A DNA stretch of 64,000 nt from a candidate division FCPU426 bacterium (GCA_963738405.1 CAVTWJ010000023.1:377826-441825); one strand, 5' to 3'. Counted from the first letter of the stretch, positions 8,534 through 21,434 are shown. A program made the numbers and translations. Notes: generated from the letters alone by a model not told the origin.

Positions 8534-11500
8534 TCACTGAAAGACGACCACTTTGAGTGTCGTCTTGGAAACGAGTCCGCCCTGGGCGTTCAAGGATTCC
8601 ACGACCGCCAGGTAAAGCCCGCTCGCAACGCCTGAGGCGTCCCATTGAACGGAATTTTGTCCATCCCCACCCAGTTTGGATTTTTGGACCAGTTCACCGG
8701 CGGTGTCATAAACCTTCAACCGCAGGGTCAGGTTCATGGAAGAGTTGCTAACGAAGGTGGTCGTATAGTTGGGCGAGGCCCGATTGAGGATATTGGGCCG
8801 GGCGTCGACGATACCCACCCCGTTTTGTGCGTTGGTATCGACCACCATGACCTTCAAAGTCACGTTTGTTTCCCCGCCCTGGCCGCCGATAGTATGAACG
8901 TCGATGAAATATTGTCCGCTGGATACATAGGCCCCGTTGTCGGCCGTCCCATCCCAAGCCACCGAGGCTCCCCCGCCCAGGCTGATGGTGACCTTTGAGT
9001 TGTTTCCCGTGGACCCATTGGCGCTGGCGGAAAGGACCGAAGATGATATTTGTACACTGCTCAATCCCGCCGGCCCCTTGTCGTCCATATAAGTCAGAAG
9101 ATGACGCACCGCTTCTCCCGCCTCGTTGTAGATGACCAGGGAAACCTGGTAAATGGACCGGTTGACCGTTACCTGCTGAGTCGTACTTTGATCGACCCCC
9201 AGGGGATTGATGTTGTCCACCTTAACGTAATAGTTACCGTTGTCGACCGGGGCACCCGACTGGTTTTGTCCGTTCCAGACCCCAATGATCACACCGTCGT
9301 AAACAATGGAAACCGCGTTGTTGGCGCCGTTGAGGCTGTTGATGACATTGCCAGGATTCAAGGTGTAGTTGTCTACAGACTGGGAGAAGTGTTCAACGGG
9401 AAGCGCATAGATCAATTCTCCGGCCTCGTTGTAAACGCCGATCTTCACCGTGTAGTTCCCCGTGACCACCACGACCGCGCTGGCGGTGAGCGGTACGGCC
9501 TGTCCGGTATAAACCGCCTGGGCGTTATTCACCAGGCTGACGCCACTGGCGGTGAAATTATTCACCCCGGCAGTATAGGTGAGCTGGTAATTCCCAACCG
9601 GAAGGGGCGAAGGCAGGTTCCAGGTCAGCTGGGAAACCGAGGCGTTATAGGAAGTAGATGAACCCGAAGGAAACGAGGTAACGGTATTGAAGGTTTCCTG
9701 GGGCGGCATCAGGTCGGTCACCACCAGGTTCTGCATACTGTCGCCGGTGACAGCCAGATTGAGGGTGTAGGTGATGGATGATCCAGATGGAGCGGAAGAA
9801 CTTGAGGCCTGTTTGGATAAGGTCACGTTAGAAGGCGGAGTGGGTGTCGGGGTCGAGGTGGGAGTTGAGGTGGGGGTAGGCGTGAAAGTCGAGGTCCAGG
9901 TGGGGGTGGAAGTCGGGGTGTTGCTGGGGGTGTAGGAGTGCGTAGGTGTGAAGGTGGGACTGGGGGTAAAAGTATTGGAGGGGGTCCAGGTCGGGGTCGG
10001 CGTGAAAGAGGGAGTGGGTGAATAGGTGGCCGTCGGGGTATTGCTGGCGGTAGGTGTGGGGCTGGGCGTGAAACTATTCGTCGGAGTGGAGGTCCAAGTC
10101 GAGGTAAAGCTTTGGGTCGGAGTCATGGTTTGCGTGAAAGTAAACTGCGGAGTAAAGGTGGAAGTGGGGGTGTTGGAAGGTGTGTAGGTATTGGAGGTGG
10201 TCGGGGTATTGCTGGGCGTAAAGGTCATCGTCGGGGTATCAAGGGTCGTGATCGTATGGGTCGGAGTCTGCGTCAGGGTTGTCGTGGCGGTGGGGGTGAA
10301 AGTGTTCGTCGAGGTAAAGGTCGCAGTGAAGGTTCCGGTTACGGTGGCCGTTACAGAGGGGGTGAATGTCATGGTGGGAGTATTGAGGGTTGTAACGGTA
10401 TTCGTCGGCGTCTGGGTGGGGCTAAAGGTCGCTGTAAAGGTATAGGTCAGGGTGGGGGTCGAGGTGGGGGTAAAGGTACGTGTCACCGTAGGGGTGACGG
10501 TGGGTGTGAAGGTCATGGTGGGGGTATTGAGGGTTGTGATGGTATTGGTCGCCGTCTGGGTGGGGCTAAAGGTGGGTGTGCGGGTGTTCGTAACCGTAAA
10601 GGTAAAGGTCGGCGTAACCGTCTGGGTATAGGTGGATGTCACGGTCGGAGTGTTCGTGCGGGTAACCGTTGGAGTGACCGTCGGGGTAAAGGTCATCGTG
10701 GGCGTGTTAATGGTGGTGATGGTAAAGGTAGGCGTCAGGGTGGGTGTGTGGGTACGGGTGACCGTCGGAGTCACGGTAGAGGTAAAGGTCATGGTGGGAG
10801 TGTTAAGGGTCGTTATGGTAAAGGTGGGTGTATTGGTTCGAGTGAGAGTCGGCGTGGCCGTATTGGTCACCGTGGGGGTTATCGTGGGCGTATTGGTGCG
10901 GGTAATAGTAAAAGTTGGAGTTGGAGTAAAAGTGAAGGTGGGTGAAATGGTGTAGGTGTTAGTGGGGGTGACAGTCTTAGTGGGGGTAGGTGTTGGGGTA
11001 AAGGTGTAGGTAGGAGTAACCGTAAAGGTAAAGGTGGGGGTTATGGTATTGGTTGGGGTTGGGGTGTTTGTCTTGGTAGGTGTTGGCGAAGGAGTATAGG
11101 TGTTGGTGGGGGTAGGCGTCCGGGTCGGGGTGTTGCTGGGAGTCCAGGTGGGAGTATTGGTGGGCGTGTTGGTTTTCGTCCAAGTGGGAGTAAAGGTGGG
11201 GGTGGAGTTGGGGGTGGGGGATCGGGTCGGTGTCCACGTAGGGGTGAGCGTAAAAGTGAAGGTAGGGGTCCAAGTGGGCGTAAGACATTTCATGTTCCAG
11301 GTAATAGCGTTCGACGGCCCGTAAGCGGGACTGATCATGGTGAACTGGTTGGTTCGCGTCACGCAGTCATAGGGGGCGTTGGTAGTGTTATCCGTTCCCG
11401 TAAGGGTCACGGACCAGCAGGCCTGTACCCAACTGGTACCGTTCCAGGAGGCTCCCGGAAAACCGGTTTTATTCACGAAGGTCAAGGGCTCACTGTCTCC

Positions 11501-12514
11501 CGACCAATCGTAATACCAACCATTGGCATCGGGGGATCCGAACCCTTTGTTGACCCCTGATGGCCGGAATTCCTCGCTTCCCCAGAATGGGGTTCCGGTC
11601 GTGGAGCCGGTATCCAAAATCGTCACCGGTCCTTGATATCCGCCCCCGGTATTACAAACCTCGTAAACCACCGTGACTATTTGGTTCCCGATAGGATAGG
11701 GATTCGCGGTGACACTGACGGCATCCTGTAGGGTGCCGCCCACCAAAAAATGTTTTTGAAGAGTGATGTTGGTCGGAGGAGGCGGGGGGATGGGTTGCAA
11801 CTTGACCGTTTGGCGGAAATAGAGGTCATCACAAATCGCTCCCGAGGCGGCAGTGGATGTGTAAGACAAGACGGGAATAAACTTGCCCGTTTGGGGGTCA
11901 AGAACCTGCTTACTGTAAAGGGTAAATCCGGTTGCCTGCACGGGGGTGGTCCATCCGGTGGTGGTCGCGGCAGGATCATACCAAGTCGTGCCGCCGGAAT
12001 AAGGTGGGGATCCCGCACAATTGGGTGCCGTGCCCGTATCCGTTTCGCGATACATTTGGGTGTTGGTGCCGTCGCTTTGGATATAGGCGTGACTGACCCC
12101 GCCGGAACAGCTGATATCCACATACCAGCTTCCCCAAACTTCGTTTGCCGCGGCGTTTTGAACCTTGGCCGCGATGACCACATTATTGGGGTTGCTCGTG
12201 ATGAGAGCGAGGGCCGCAGCGGGCACTGGTACACAGATGGGACTACAAACGCCCCAACTCTGTCCGTTATTGCAGGATGAAACAACGCATCCGGAATTGG
12301 CGCAATTGACATGGGCGAACTGGAAGTCGTTCCCCACCCCAACTTGAATTCCATCGATCCAAACAGTCATGTAATCGTCGGCCACACCGCAAACCTGCGC
12401 TGAAGTGGCATTGCATTGGGCTAAAAGGAATTGGGGCAGAAACATAAAAACGGAAATAATAAAAATCGTTTTTATTCGAAATGGCTTTGTTTTGATTATT
12501 AATTTAGCTTCCAT
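8534..12514 (-). CDS. Giant secreted surface protein, paralog A: Cys-rich tip, long Thr-x stalk, DUF11-like domain, three FlgD/T9SS-CTD-like modules
   Basis: Signal peptide ending LLA-Q; ~480 aa TxTxT region; LSKQAS...ITYTLNL...VVTD DUF11-like motif; repeated VY(N/D)xAGExV...W(N/D)G...GxY modules. Confidence 0.85.
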   Translation of the reverse strand: MEAKLIIKTKPFRIKTIFIISVFMFLPQFLLAQCNATSAQVCGVADDYMTVWIDGIQVGVGNDFQFAHVNCANSGCVVSSCNNGQSWGVCSPICVPVPAAALALITSNPNNVVIAAKVQNAAANEVWGSWYVDISCSGGVSHAYIQSDGTNTQMYRETDTGTAPNCAGSPPYSGGTTWYDPAATTTGWTTPVQATGFTLYSKQVLDPQTGKFIPVLSYTSTAASGAICDDLYFRQTVKLQPIPPPPPTNITLQKHFLVGGTLQDAVSVTANPYPIGNQIVTVVYEVCNTGGGYQGPVTILDTGSTTGTPFWGSEEFRPSGVNKGFGSPDANGWYYDWSGDSEPLTFVNKTGFPGASWNGTSWVQACWSVTLTGTDNTTNAPYDCVTRTNQFTMISPAYGPSNAITWNMKCLTPTWTPTFTFTLTPTWTPTRSPTPNSTPTFTPTWTKTNTPTNTPTWTPSNTPTRTPTPTNTYTPSPTPTKTNTPTPTNTITPTFTFTVTPTYTFTPTPTPTKTVTPTNTYTISPTFTFTPTPTFTITRTNTPTITPTVTNTATPTLTRTNTPTFTITTLNTPTMTFTSTVTPTVTRTHTPTLTPTFTITTINTPTMTFTPTVTPTVTRTNTPTVTSTYTQTVTPTFTFTVTNTRTPTFSPTQTATNTITTLNTPTMTFTPTVTPTVTRTFTPTSTPTLTYTFTATFSPTQTPTNTVTTLNTPTMTFTPSVTATVTGTFTATFTSTNTFTPTATTTLTQTPTHTITTLDTPTMTFTPSNTPTTSNTYTPSNTPTSTFTPQFTFTQTMTPTQSFTSTWTSTPTNSFTPSPTPTASNTPTATYSPTPSFTPTPTWTPSNTFTPSPTFTPTHSYTPSNTPTSTPTWTSTFTPTPTSTPTSTPTPTPPSNVTLSKQASSSSAPSGSSITYTLNLAVTGDSMQNLVVTDLMPPQETFNTVTSFPSGSSTSYNASVSQLTWNLPSPLPVGNYQLTYTAGVNNFTASGVSLVNNAQAVYTGQAVPLTASAVVVVTGNYTVKIGVYNEAGELIYALPVEHFSQSVDNYTLNPGNVINSLNGANNAVSIVYDGVIIGVWNGQNQSGAPVDNGNYYVKVDNINPLGVDQSTTQQVTVNRSIYQVSLVIYNEAGEAVRHLLTYMDDKGPAGLSSVQISSSVLSASANGSTGNNSKVTISLGGGASVAWDGTADNGAYVSSGQYFIDVHTIGGQGGETNVTLKVMVVDTNAQNGVGIVDARPNILNRASPNYTTTFVSNSSMNLTLRLKVYDTAGELVQKSKLGGDGQNSVQWDASGVASGLYLAVVESLNAQGGLVSKTTLKVVVFQ

Positions 12515-15500
12515 AGCAAACGCCTAATCAATCCATCGGTTCATAGATACTTTAAAAACATATAACCGATACCTGGTTTTACCTAAATTATCCCTCTTGT
12601 CTTCGTTTAAAAATACTTTGACAACAACACATTTTGTTTAGGGTTGGGCATTCTTGGGACACGTGAAAACAATCTGATTTGTTAGTTCAATCCAATTTTA
12701 ATCAGGTGGGAAACAAAGGATGAGCATTAAAAATCAAAAGAGCGGTTGAAAGGTCCCTTTATTGAGAATTTAAAGAGAAAGGAAGAGTAGCAGAAGGTGA
12801 ACCTTTAATGGATGACGACCACCTTGAGGGTAGTCTTGGAAACGAGCCCGCCCTGGGCGTTCAAAGATTCCACGACGGCCAGGTAAAGCCCGCTCGCAAC
12901 GCCTGAGGCGTCCCATTGGACGGAATTTTGTCCATCTAATCCCAATTTGGATTTCTGGACCAGTTCACCGGCGGTGTCATAAACCGTCAAGCGCAGGGTT
13001 AGGCTCATGGAGGAGTTGCTGACAAAGGTGGTCGTATAGCTGGGCGAGGCACGGTTAAGGATATTAGGCCGGGCGTCGACGATACCCACCCCGTTCTGGG
13101 CGTTGGTATCGATGACCATGACCTTCAGGCTCACGTTGGTTTCCCCGCCCTGGCCGCCGATGGTATGGACATCGATGAAATATTGGCCACTGGAAACATA
13201 AGAACCGTTGTCGCCGGTGCCATCCCAAGATATCGAAGCTCCCCCGCCCAAACTGATCGTGACCTTAGAATTGTTTCCGGTAGAACCATTGGCGCTAGTG
13301 GAAAGAACCGAAGAGGATATTTGAACCGTACTCAATCCTGCGGGCCCCTTGTCGTCCATGTAGGCCAGCAGGTGGCGCACCGCCTCGCCCGCCTCGTTGT
13401 AGATGACCAGGGAAACCTGGTAGATGGAACGGTTGACCGTTACCTGCTGAGTCGTGCTTTGATCGACTCCCAGGGGATTGATGTTGTCCACCTTGACGTA
13501 ATAGTTGCCGTTGTCGACCGGGGCTCCTCCCTGGTTTTGTCCGTTCCAAACCCCAATCACGACCCCGTCATAAACGATGGAAACCGCGTTGTTGGCGCCG
13601 TTGAGGCTGGTGATGGTATTCCCCGGGTTCAAGCTGTAGTTGTCCACCGACTGGGAGAACTGTTCAACGGGAAGCGCATAGATCAATTCTCCGGCTTCGT
13701 TGTAAACGCCTATCTTCACCGTGTAGTTCCCGGTAACAACCACCACCGCGCTGGCGTTGAGGGGTACGGCTTGCCCCGTGTAGACCGCCTGGGCGTTATT
13801 CACCAGGCTGACGCCGCTGGCGGTGAAGTTATTGACCCCCGCCGTGTAAGTAAGCTGGTAATTACCAATCGCCAGGGGCGAAGGCAGGGTCCAGGTCAGC
13901 TGGGAAACGGCGGCATTATAAGAAGTAGATGAACCCGAAGGAAACGAGGTAACGGTATTGAAGGTTTCCTGGGGCGGAAGCAGATCGGTCACCACCAAGT
14001 TCAGGACGCTGTCGCCCGTGACGGCCAGATTGAGGGTGTAGGTTATCGAAGAGCCCGAGGGAGCGGAAGAACTGGAGGCCTGTTTGGAAAGGGTCACGTT
14101 GGAGGGCGGGGTTGGAGTCGGGGTTGAGGTCGGGGTCGAGGTGTTGGTGGGGGTGAATGTCGGGGTCCAGGTGGGGGTGGAAGTGGGTGTGTAGCTGGGG
14201 GTGTAGGAATGTGTGGGTGTGAAAGTTGCGCTGGGCGTAAAGGTGTTCGATGGCGTCCAGGTCGGGGTCGGCGTGAAAGACGCGGTCGGTGAATAGGTTG
14301 CCGTCGGGGTGTTGCTGGCGGTGGGTGTAGGGCTGGATGTATAGGTGTTCGTCCTAGTGTAGGTCGCAGTGGAAGTGAAGCTTTGGGTTGGGGTCATGGT
14401 TTGGGTAAAGGTGAACTGCGGGGTAAAGGTGGATGTGGGGGTCGAGGTCGAGGTCGGCGTGTTGCTCGGAGTGAGGGTCAGGGTCTGAGTATAGGTGTTA
14501 CTGGGGGTCTGAGTCGGGGTGGAGGTGTTGGTGTTCGTGGGCGTGTTGGAGGGCGTAAAGGTATTGGACGCAGTCGAGGTATTACTGGGGGTAAAGGTGG
14601 AGGTTGGAGTATTGAGGGTCGTGATGGTGTAAGTCGGGGTTTGGGTCATGGTGGCTGTGGTAGTGGGGGTAAATTGAGGCGTGAAGGTTGAGGTCGGTGT
14701 CACAGATGGGGTCAATGTATTGGTGACGGTAAGGGTGAGAGTCGGTGTGCTGCTGGGCGTATTGGTACGTGTAGCCGTAAATGTTTGGGTTGGAGTGACA
14801 GTGGAAGTGACTGTGGGGGTATTGGTGACTGTGGGCGTGAATTGGAAGGTGTGGGTAAAGGTGGCGGAAACCGTGGGGGTCTGGGTGACGGTGACGGTAG
14901 GAGTCGCCGAGGGGGTATTGGTGGAAGTGGGGGTGTAAGTGTTGGTCGAGGTATTCGTGGGGGTGTAGGTTCGGGTCACGGTCGGGGTGACGGTAAGGGT
15001 GAATGTCATGGTGGGAGTATTGAGGGTCGTGATGGTATTGGTCGCCGTCTGGGTGGGGCTAAAGGTTGGCGTGCGGGTACTCGTAACCGTAAAGGTAAAG
15101 GTCGGCGTCACGGTCTGGGTATAGGTGGATGTCACAGTTGGGGTGTTCGTGCGGGTAACCGTTGGGGTGACCGTCGGGGTAAAGGTCATCGTGGGCGTGT
15201 TAATGGTGGTAATGGTAAAGGTGGGCGTCAGGGTGGGTGTGTTGGTACGGGTGACCGTCGGGGTCACCGTGGGGGTAAAGGTCATCGTCGGAGTGTTGAC
15301 GGTCGTGATGGTATTGGTAGGCGTTTGGGTTCGGGTGACGGTCGGCGTCGCCGTATTGGTAACCGTGGGGGTCACCGTGGGAGTGTTCGTTCGGGTAATG
15401 GTAAAGGTTGGAGTCGGAGTAAAAGTGAAGGTGGGTGAAATGGTATAGGTATTGGTGGAGGTGACGGTTTTTGTGGAGGTTGGGGTTGGGGTATAGGTGT

Positions 15501-15730
15501 GGGTAGGGGTAACCGTAAAGGTAAAAGTGGGTGTAATGGTGTAGGTGTTGGTGGAGGTGTTTGTCTTGGTGGGAGTCGGGGAAGGCGTATAGGTATTGGT
15601 GGGGGTAGGCGTCCGAGTCGGGGTGTTGCTGGGAGTCCAGGTGGGGGTGTTGGTAGGGGTGTTCGTTTTCGTCCAAGTGGGAGTAAAGGTGGGGGTGGAG
15701 TTGGGAGTGGGCGTTCGGGTCCAGGTGGGG
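8545..15730. repeat. Long direct repeat between the 3' halves of the two paralogs (~8545-10150 vs ~12816-14420; stalk blocks ~10500-11280 vs ~14990-15730)
   Basis: For example gtcttggaaacgag-ccgccctgggcgttcaa-gattccacgac-gccaggtaaagcccgctcgcaacgcctgaggcgtcccattg occurs near 8562 and 12833 with mostly third-position differences. Confidence 0.9.
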
Positions 15731-16968
15731 GTCCAGGTGGGCGTATAGGTCCAAGTCGGCGTGGGGGTGGGCGTTTTGGTGTAGGTCCAGGTAAAGGTCG
15801 CTGTGGGCATCAACTGGATATAGGTCAATATTCCCGAGGTCTTGTTTCCGGTGGGGAAATTGACAGAAGCCTGGTCCGTTAGAGTCAGGCCGCAAGCCGA
15901 GACGGGATCGTAATAATCGATCAATTGCGCCGTCGCCGTGATACATCCGGTTCCAAAGCTGGGGAATACCAATGAGGTTCCATTGACTGTGGGTTCGTTC
16001 GCATCTCCCAAGGAATCGTTGTAACACAACTGGTAGGGTTGGATGGAATCCCCATAACCCCAGCACGCGAATTGAAATTGATTACATGAAGAAACATTTT
16101 GCGGTTGGTTATCGGTCACCGTTGTTCCCCCATTGGTCACTGGACCGCCGGTATTGCAAACCGTGATGGTGTAATTAAGGGTAACGGTATTGTTGCTGAC
16201 ATTGGTAACTGCGCTGGCAAAAGCTTTGGTGATATTGAAAGCGGGCGGGCCGATGGTGGGCGCGGGAGTTGGGATGGTGACGCATTGCCTAAAAAAAAGC
16301 GCGCCCGCCGAATTGCCCGTTGAGTAATCGCCCGAGCAATTGTTGGCGATGAAGGGAAGCTTGGCCCCTGACACCGGGTTGTAAATAGCCGTGGCCCAAG
16401 TGGCCGCCGTCACACCGCCATTGCAATAGGAAGTGCTGAAAGCTCCGGTACTGTTATTGAAGCCGGTGCTGTACCAGGGGTTGCTACCCGAGTCGGGGCT
16501 AGGAGTCGCGGCCGGATTTCCCGTAGCAACGTAATTCACCGAAATTCCGGTTCCTGAACTGGTGATTTCAGAGTGGCCGCCGCCCGAGCAGGTGATGTCC
16601 AAATCCCAAGAACTGAAGTTATCCTCGGGGTTGGTGTTTTGGGTCTCTACCGCCAAGCAAACCGTTCCGCCGGTCAGGAGGGTGGGGGATACGCTCATGC
16701 AAGGCGCAGGGCCCGCTCCGTTCGTTCCCGGAGCTCCAGCATAGTTAAAGGTGCCGATGAGGGACCCGGCGACATAAATAGTGGTCACGTCGTCGCCTGA
16801 AGCGCAAAGGTTGGCGGCGGTGGGGACGCATTGAGCGAAAAGGTTTGTGACAGATGGAAATAAAAGAAACAAGAAAACCCAAAAACAAGTTTGGGTCCTT
16901 TTCATTTCATGAAATCGGTTGAATGAATTTTTAAAAAAAGTACTTTTCATGATCTCCGGCAATCTCAT
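12805..16968 (-). CDS. Giant secreted surface protein, paralog B (same architecture as 8534-12514)
   Basis: C-terminal ~430 aa almost identical to paralog A; signal peptide ending LFA-Q; exact start uncertain. Confidence 0.85.
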   Translation of the reverse strand: MRLPEIMKSTFFKNSFNRFHEMKRTQTCFWVFLFLLFPSVTNLFAQCVPTAANLCASGDDVTTIYVAGSLIGTFNYAGAPGTNGAGPAPCMSVSPTLLTGGTVCLAVETQNTNPEDNFSSWDLDITCSGGGHSEITSSGTGISVNYVATGNPAATPSPDSGSNPWYSTGFNNSTGAFSTSYCNGGVTAATWATAIYNPVSGAKLPFIANNCSGDYSTGNSAGALFFRQCVTIPTPAPTIGPPAFNITKAFASAVTNVSNNTVTLNYTITVCNTGGPVTNGGTTVTDNQPQNVSSCNQFQFACWGYGDSIQPYQLCYNDSLGDANEPTVNGTSLVFPSFGTGCITATAQLIDYYDPVSACGLTLTDQASVNFPTGNKTSGILTYIQLMPTATFTWTYTKTPTPTPTWTYTPTWTPTWTRTPTPNSTPTFTPTWTKTNTPTNTPTWTPSNTPTRTPTPTNTYTPSPTPTKTNTSTNTYTITPTFTFTVTPTHTYTPTPTSTKTVTSTNTYTISPTFTFTPTPTFTITRTNTPTVTPTVTNTATPTVTRTQTPTNTITTVNTPTMTFTPTVTPTVTRTNTPTLTPTFTITTINTPTMTFTPTVTPTVTRTNTPTVTSTYTQTVTPTFTFTVTSTRTPTFSPTQTATNTITTLNTPTMTFTLTVTPTVTRTYTPTNTSTNTYTPTSTNTPSATPTVTVTQTPTVSATFTHTFQFTPTVTNTPTVTSTVTPTQTFTATRTNTPSSTPTLTLTVTNTLTPSVTPTSTFTPQFTPTTTATMTQTPTYTITTLNTPTSTFTPSNTSTASNTFTPSNTPTNTNTSTPTQTPSNTYTQTLTLTPSNTPTSTSTPTSTFTPQFTFTQTMTPTQSFTSTATYTRTNTYTSSPTPTASNTPTATYSPTASFTPTPTWTPSNTFTPSATFTPTHSYTPSYTPTSTPTWTPTFTPTNTSTPTSTPTPTPPSNVTLSKQASSSSAPSGSSITYTLNLAVTGDSVLNLVVTDLLPPQETFNTVTSFPSGSSTSYNAAVSQLTWTLPSPLAIGNYQLTYTAGVNNFTASGVSLVNNAQAVYTGQAVPLNASAVVVVTGNYTVKIGVYNEAGELIYALPVEQFSQSVDNYSLNPGNTITSLNGANNAVSIVYDGVVIGVWNGQNQGGAPVDNGNYYVKVDNINPLGVDQSTTQQVTVNRSIYQVSLVIYNEAGEAVRHLLAYMDDKGPAGLSTVQISSSVLSTSANGSTGNNSKVTISLGGGASISWDGTGDNGSYVSSGQYFIDVHTIGGQGGETNVSLKVMVIDTNAQNGVGIVDARPNILNRASPSYTTTFVSNSSMSLTLRLTVYDTAGELVQKSKLGLDGQNSVQWDASGVASGLYLAVVESLNAQGGLVSKTTLKVVVIH

Positions 16969-17399
16969 GTCTTGGTGTTTAGGAGTGTCGAAATAAAGCT
17001 AAAATCGTTATAACTGAAAACGATGCAAAGCCCTTTTGACAATTTTCGCATTTAAGCAGGCAAAATCAAGCAAAGTTCATTCTTTTCATCACCAAAGACA
17101 TGGCTCAATCACTTTTGTTTTTCGTTAAAGCTTATCGTCATTCTATTTTTCATAAAGCCAATGGGAATTAATAAAACACACCCTATGAAATCAACTTGTC
17201 GAGAACCTTTAGATGTAACCGGTACCAAAATTAAGTTCGTCCACCCCGTACCTATAGAACCTTAAGCGACCTTGAATAAAACCCATTTTCATTTCTAACT
17301 AAATCTCTTTTGTCCTTCACCCTGCTACAAATTTTTAGGAACCAGTTCCCCATTTCACCTCGGGGACTCGAGGGAAGGTCCGCTTGTTATAATTTCAAA

Positions 17400-19310
17400 A
17401 TGGATTCCATCCCCGCCTCCCTTCCTCCTGATCCCATAAAGAAAATTCCCCGCCCGCTCTTTTTAAGTTCCTGGTTTTATCCCCTGATCCTTTCCTTTGT
17501 CCTCGTCGTCCTCTTTGGGGCGCGCCTGGTGAACGACTCCGATTTGGGGTTTCATCTTCGAACCGGCCAATGGATCTATCAAAACCACCGTCTCCCCGCC
17601 CAGGACGCCTTCACCTACACCGCCTCCAGCCGGGAATATCTGGATATGGAATGGCTTTATCAGGGTGCGGTCTACCTCATTTGGCGGCTGGGGGACTACG
17701 CCCTTCTTTCCATCTCCCATACCCTCCTGGCCCTGGCGGCCTTTGGCCTGCTCTGGTTCAGGTTAAGGGAAACCGGCGCCTCTCCCTGGTCCGGGGTTCT
17801 TTTATTTCTGACCGCCGTCCTCGCCTGTGAACCCCGTTTTCGGGTCCGGCCCGAAATCCTCACCTGGGTTTTCCTGAGCCTGGATCTTTGGATTTTGGAA
17901 TCCCGCCTTCAGCGCAAGCGCGACCTGCTTTACCTGCTCCCGGTCATACAATTATTTTGGGTGAACACCGAGGGTCTTTTCTTTTTAGGCCCGGCGGTGA
18001 TAGCCATCTACTTGATCGCGAGTTTTTCATCTTCCCCCAAGGCCGACCCCAAGCTGATCCGCTATGGCGTGCTCTCGGCCGCGGCCTGTCTAGCCAACCC
18101 CTATTTGATCCGCGGCGCCCTCTTTCCCTTTTCCCTGCTTTCCACCCTCAGTTCCTCCAACATCTTCAAATACACGGTCCAGGAATTCCAACCACCCTGG
18201 TCCTTCACGCCTTCCCCCTGGACGCCCGCGCCTTCCTTTCTCTGGGCCTATAAGTTCTTTTGTTTTTTTCTCATCTTTTTTCTTCTCGGCACGTCTAAAA
18301 ACCGCAAAATCCACGAATGGCTCATCGCCGTCTTTTTTTTCCTGATCTCCGCCATGGCGGTGCGGAACATTCCCCTGTTTCTCATCGCCTGCGCGCCCCT
18401 GGCCGCCGCCGCATGGAAGGACTGGAAAGGCCCCAGGCTTCAAAAATTCCAGGAAACCTTGCTCTTCAAACCCTGGACCTCCGTGATCCTGGTGTTGTTT
18501 CTCTTAGTGTTCTCGGCCGGCATCGTCACCAACGCCCATTACGTTTCCAACCGGCTCACGGACCGTTTTGGATGGGGCCTGGACGCCCATTCCCAGCCCG
18601 TCCAAGCCTGCCGATTCCTGACCGAAAACCATTTGGACGGGAAAATCTTGAATGACTTGGACGACGGGGACTGGATCGAGTGGCTCACTCCCCAAAAAAC
18701 CTTTATCGATGGGAGGCTTGAATTGATGGGCCGGGACTTCCTGACCCAATATTTCCAGGCCCAGGCGCCGGGAGGATTAGCGCCTCTATTGGGCCAATAC
18801 CAGCCCGACATCCTTTTCTTCAATCCCCTTCTGGTTCCGCAATGGTCCACCCTTCTGCAAAATCGTCCGGACTGGCGGCTGGTTTATATGGATTCCTTGA
18901 ACGCCATCTATCTGAAAAGGGGATACGGGGATCAAATTCCGGGGTTGGATTTCGGGAAGTTATTGGAAGCGAACGGTATTTCCCCAACTCTCATCAACCA
19001 AGCGCCGCTTCTGCTTCAAGCCGGCCCTCCCCCGAACCCGGGGTGGATCGATCTCATCCGGCCCGTGACCTATCCCAACGACCTGTTGAATCTCGGTATT
19101 TTTTCAAGCTATGTGGGCCAACCCCAGGCATCGGAACTCTTTTTTTTGGAGGCGATCCGGCTTTCCCATGGACGCTACACGGATTTTTACTATGACTTAG
19201 GGCTGGTTTTCGCGAACGCCAACCTGAGGGACGCGGCGGCGCTTTGCATGAAAAGGGTCCTGCGGGAAAAGCCTTGGGACCCGGTGGCCCGTCAAATCGC
19301 GGGAATGTGA
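17400..19310 (+). CDS. Multi-pass membrane protein, GT-C-like, with C-terminal TPR-like helices
   Basis: DSDLGFHLRTG first loop, RPEILT, FWVNTEG, FIDGRLE motifs; many TM segments; C-terminal YYDLGLVF TPR-like segment. Confidence 0.65.
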   Translation: MDSIPASLPPDPIKKIPRPLFLSSWFYPLILSFVLVVLFGARLVNDSDLGFHLRTGQWIYQNHRLPAQDAFTYTASSREYLDMEWLYQGAVYLIWRLGDYALLSISHTLLALAAFGLLWFRLRETGASPWSGVLLFLTAVLACEPRFRVRPEILTWVFLSLDLWILESRLQRKRDLLYLLPVIQLFWVNTEGLFFLGPAVIAIYLIASFSSSPKADPKLIRYGVLSAAACLANPYLIRGALFPFSLLSTLSSSNIFKYTVQEFQPPWSFTPSPWTPAPSFLWAYKFFCFFLIFFLLGTSKNRKIHEWLIAVFFFLISAMAVRNIPLFLIACAPLAAAAWKDWKGPRLQKFQETLLFKPWTSVILVLFLLVFSAGIVTNAHYVSNRLTDRFGWGLDAHSQPVQACRFLTENHLDGKILNDLDDGDWIEWLTPQKTFIDGRLELMGRDFLTQYFQAQAPGGLAPLLGQYQPDILFFNPLLVPQWSTLLQNRPDWRLVYMDSLNAIYLKRGYGDQIPGLDFGKLLEANGISPTLINQAPLLLQAGPPPNPGWIDLIRPVTYPNDLLNLGIFSSYVGQPQASELFFLEAIRLSHGRYTDFYYDLGLVFANANLRDAAALCMKRVLREKPWDPVARQIAGM

Positions 19311-19313
19311 CTT

Positions 19314-21413
19314 TTAGGGGGTGGGGACGCGGGACTGCGTCTTTTTCCAAGCCATCCCCGCCATCAGCAGCCACCAACAAAGAAGCGACACAAAAAATCC
19401 AACCCGAACGGAAACAGGTTCATACCGAAACTCGATCGAATGATTCCCTCTCGGGACCGCCGGTACGGCCATGAAAAAACCGAAGGCCCTGGCGATAGGC
19501 GCGGGATTTCCATTAACCCAGGCCCGCCAGCCCGGAGTGTAAGCTTCGTTCCAAACCAGCCAAGGGTTCGCTCCTGTAACATTTCCTGAAAATACAGCCC
19601 TTGTAGCCCCTTGCCTTTCCCATCCCTGGATCGAAACTTCGGGCGGGCGGAGATTCCTTTCCGGCGGAGGAAGCTTCTCGGTTTTTTCCAAATAGACAAT
19701 CGTTGGCGGAGTCGAGAGGGAGGCTTCCCCCTCCAATTGGGAGAGGAGGCTGTCCCGATCCTCAAAGGTTTTGGAGTCTCCCGCGATCCAGGCGTCCGGC
19801 AGGCAATGCTCGTTGGACATCAAATAATCATCGCCGTCTTTTTCCAACACCCGGTAATGGGGAGCCTCCAATTCAATGGGGAAATAGAGGGCCTTCACCC
19901 CCGCCAGGTCCGCCAAACGGCCGGCGTAGCTGGCGCTTTGGTTAAAGTTTTTCCAGAGCAGTTCCATGCCCTTGGTCCAGGTGGAAAGATAGGCGTGGGA
20001 GGACCGGATGCCCCAGACATTGTTGGAATTGGTTAAAAAATCCCTCACCCAAAGTCCGGAAGCGTCGGCGAAGGCCTCTTGTTGGTTTCCCTCTCCCTTG
20101 GCCACGGTCTGGCTCTTCACGTGGAGGCTCACGATCCTTTGCCCCCCCACGGCCCCCGCCACCCTTTGGGCCCAGGCTTGGATTTCCGGTTTGAGGAAAG
20201 GATCAGGGACCGGATAAACGGTCCTTGCCGGTATCAAAAGAACATCCAAAAGCCAAAGGCAGGCGGCGGCCCAGCAAACCTTATCCCGAAGAATTCCCGT
20301 TAATCTAGCCTGAAAAAACCGGGTCAATCCCAAACACGCTCCCGTTAAGGCGGCAAAAAGAAATACCCCCACCGCCTTGGATGGGTCCAGAGCTTCCAGA
20401 ACTCTTTCCGGAATCACCCGCCAAAGGGGAAAGGCCCCGCCCATCATCCATAGGAGCCAGATCAAAGCGGACCAGGTCCAAAACCTTGGGGTGAAAGTTT
20501 TCGGGAAAAGGAATCCCGTAATCCAGGCCAATAGGGGAATCAAACCAAAATAAAGCATGAAATTGGAATTGGGGCTCTGGCCCTGATAGCCGGCCGCGCC
20601 CGGAATCCCCAAGGCCGTGGGAGAGAACAGTGTGAGCAATTCCCCGCCTCTTAAGAAATAGGGGTAGCGGTCCGGGGATCCCCATCCGCCCCTTCCGGCG
20701 TTGGAAAGAAAATCGAGAAAGGGTAAAACCTGCGCCGAGGTGAGTGCCAGCGCCATCCCCGCTGCCGCCCCCATCTGCCATCTTTTGAAGGCAGGCAGGG
20801 GCTTAAGAAAAATCCAGGCCGCCAAAAAAATACCCGTATAGAAACTAAAGAAGGGATAGCCCGCCAGGATTTGCAGGGCCAACGCGCCCGCCAGGGCCAG
20901 CCACCAGCGCCGCTTCCCCGCCTCCAAAAACCGCCCGGCGGTGAAAAAGACCCAGGGGGTCCAGCATTGGGCCGCCGAAAACATGGGGTAGGCCCAGATC
21001 CTCGTCATGTGGAGGGAGCCCGCGAAAGACACAGCGCCCAATACCGCCCAGGGGTTCTGGATTTTTTGATTTCGCGCCCAAAGATAAAATCCCAAAAAAG
21101 CCAGGGCCGTATGGAGGAGCGACATCCAAACCAGCCATTGGGAAAGCCCGGTAAAGTGAAAAAGCCAAAAGGGCGGATAAAGGCAGGCCGAAAGATCGTT
21201 TCCCAACTGGGGCATGCCGCAGCCCGTAGTGGGATCCCAAAGGGGAACCAACCCCTTTTCCCACGCCGCCAGGTTCACGGCCTGGCTGGGGTAAGAAAAA
21301 AGAATCTCATCCGTCACGGCGGGAAGTTTTCCCCGGAAAAGGAAAGCCCAAACGAGGAGTGAAAATAAAAAGACGGCGCCGGCGAAAAAGCCGGGATGGA
21401 GGATTTTTCTCAT
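19314..21413 (-). CDS. YfhO-like multi-pass membrane protein (GT-C glycosyltransferase-like)
   Basis: PLWDP..GCGMP, LYPP, multiple TM segments, C-terminal YTPGWRAWVNG...GNHSIEFRYEP. Confidence 0.72.
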   Translation of the reverse strand: MRKILHPGFFAGAVFLFSLLVWAFLFRGKLPAVTDEILFSYPSQAVNLAAWEKGLVPLWDPTTGCGMPQLGNDLSACLYPPFWLFHFTGLSQWLVWMSLLHTALAFLGFYLWARNQKIQNPWAVLGAVSFAGSLHMTRIWAYPMFSAAQCWTPWVFFTAGRFLEAGKRRWWLALAGALALQILAGYPFFSFYTGIFLAAWIFLKPLPAFKRWQMGAAAGMALALTSAQVLPFLDFLSNAGRGGWGSPDRYPYFLRGGELLTLFSPTALGIPGAAGYQGQSPNSNFMLYFGLIPLLAWITGFLFPKTFTPRFWTWSALIWLLWMMGGAFPLWRVIPERVLEALDPSKAVGVFLFAALTGACLGLTRFFQARLTGILRDKVCWAAACLWLLDVLLIPARTVYPVPDPFLKPEIQAWAQRVAGAVGGQRIVSLHVKSQTVAKGEGNQQEAFADASGLWVRDFLTNSNNVWGIRSSHAYLSTWTKGMELLWKNFNQSASYAGRLADLAGVKALYFPIELEAPHYRVLEKDGDDYLMSNEHCLPDAWIAGDSKTFEDRDSLLSQLEGEASLSTPPTIVYLEKTEKLPPPERNLRPPEVSIQGWERQGATRAVFSGNVTGANPWLVWNEAYTPGWRAWVNGNPAPIARAFGFFMAVPAVPRGNHSIEFRYEPVSVRVGFFVSLLCWWLLMAGMAWKKTQSRVPTP

Positions 21414-21434
21414 CGTCCGCGAAACCTTTCTTAA

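Noticed and set aside
9830..15800. G/T-rich repeats and Val/Gly-rich plus-strand ORFs as a CRISPR array, VNTR or separate genes
   Set aside because: They are the reverse complement of Thr/Pro codons with variable third positions; there are no identical repeats with unique spacers.
8534..16968. Diversity-generating retroelement (TR/VR) to explain the duplicated sequence
   Set aside because: No reverse transcriptase in the window; the differences are mostly synonymous and not adenine-specific; both copies are full genes.
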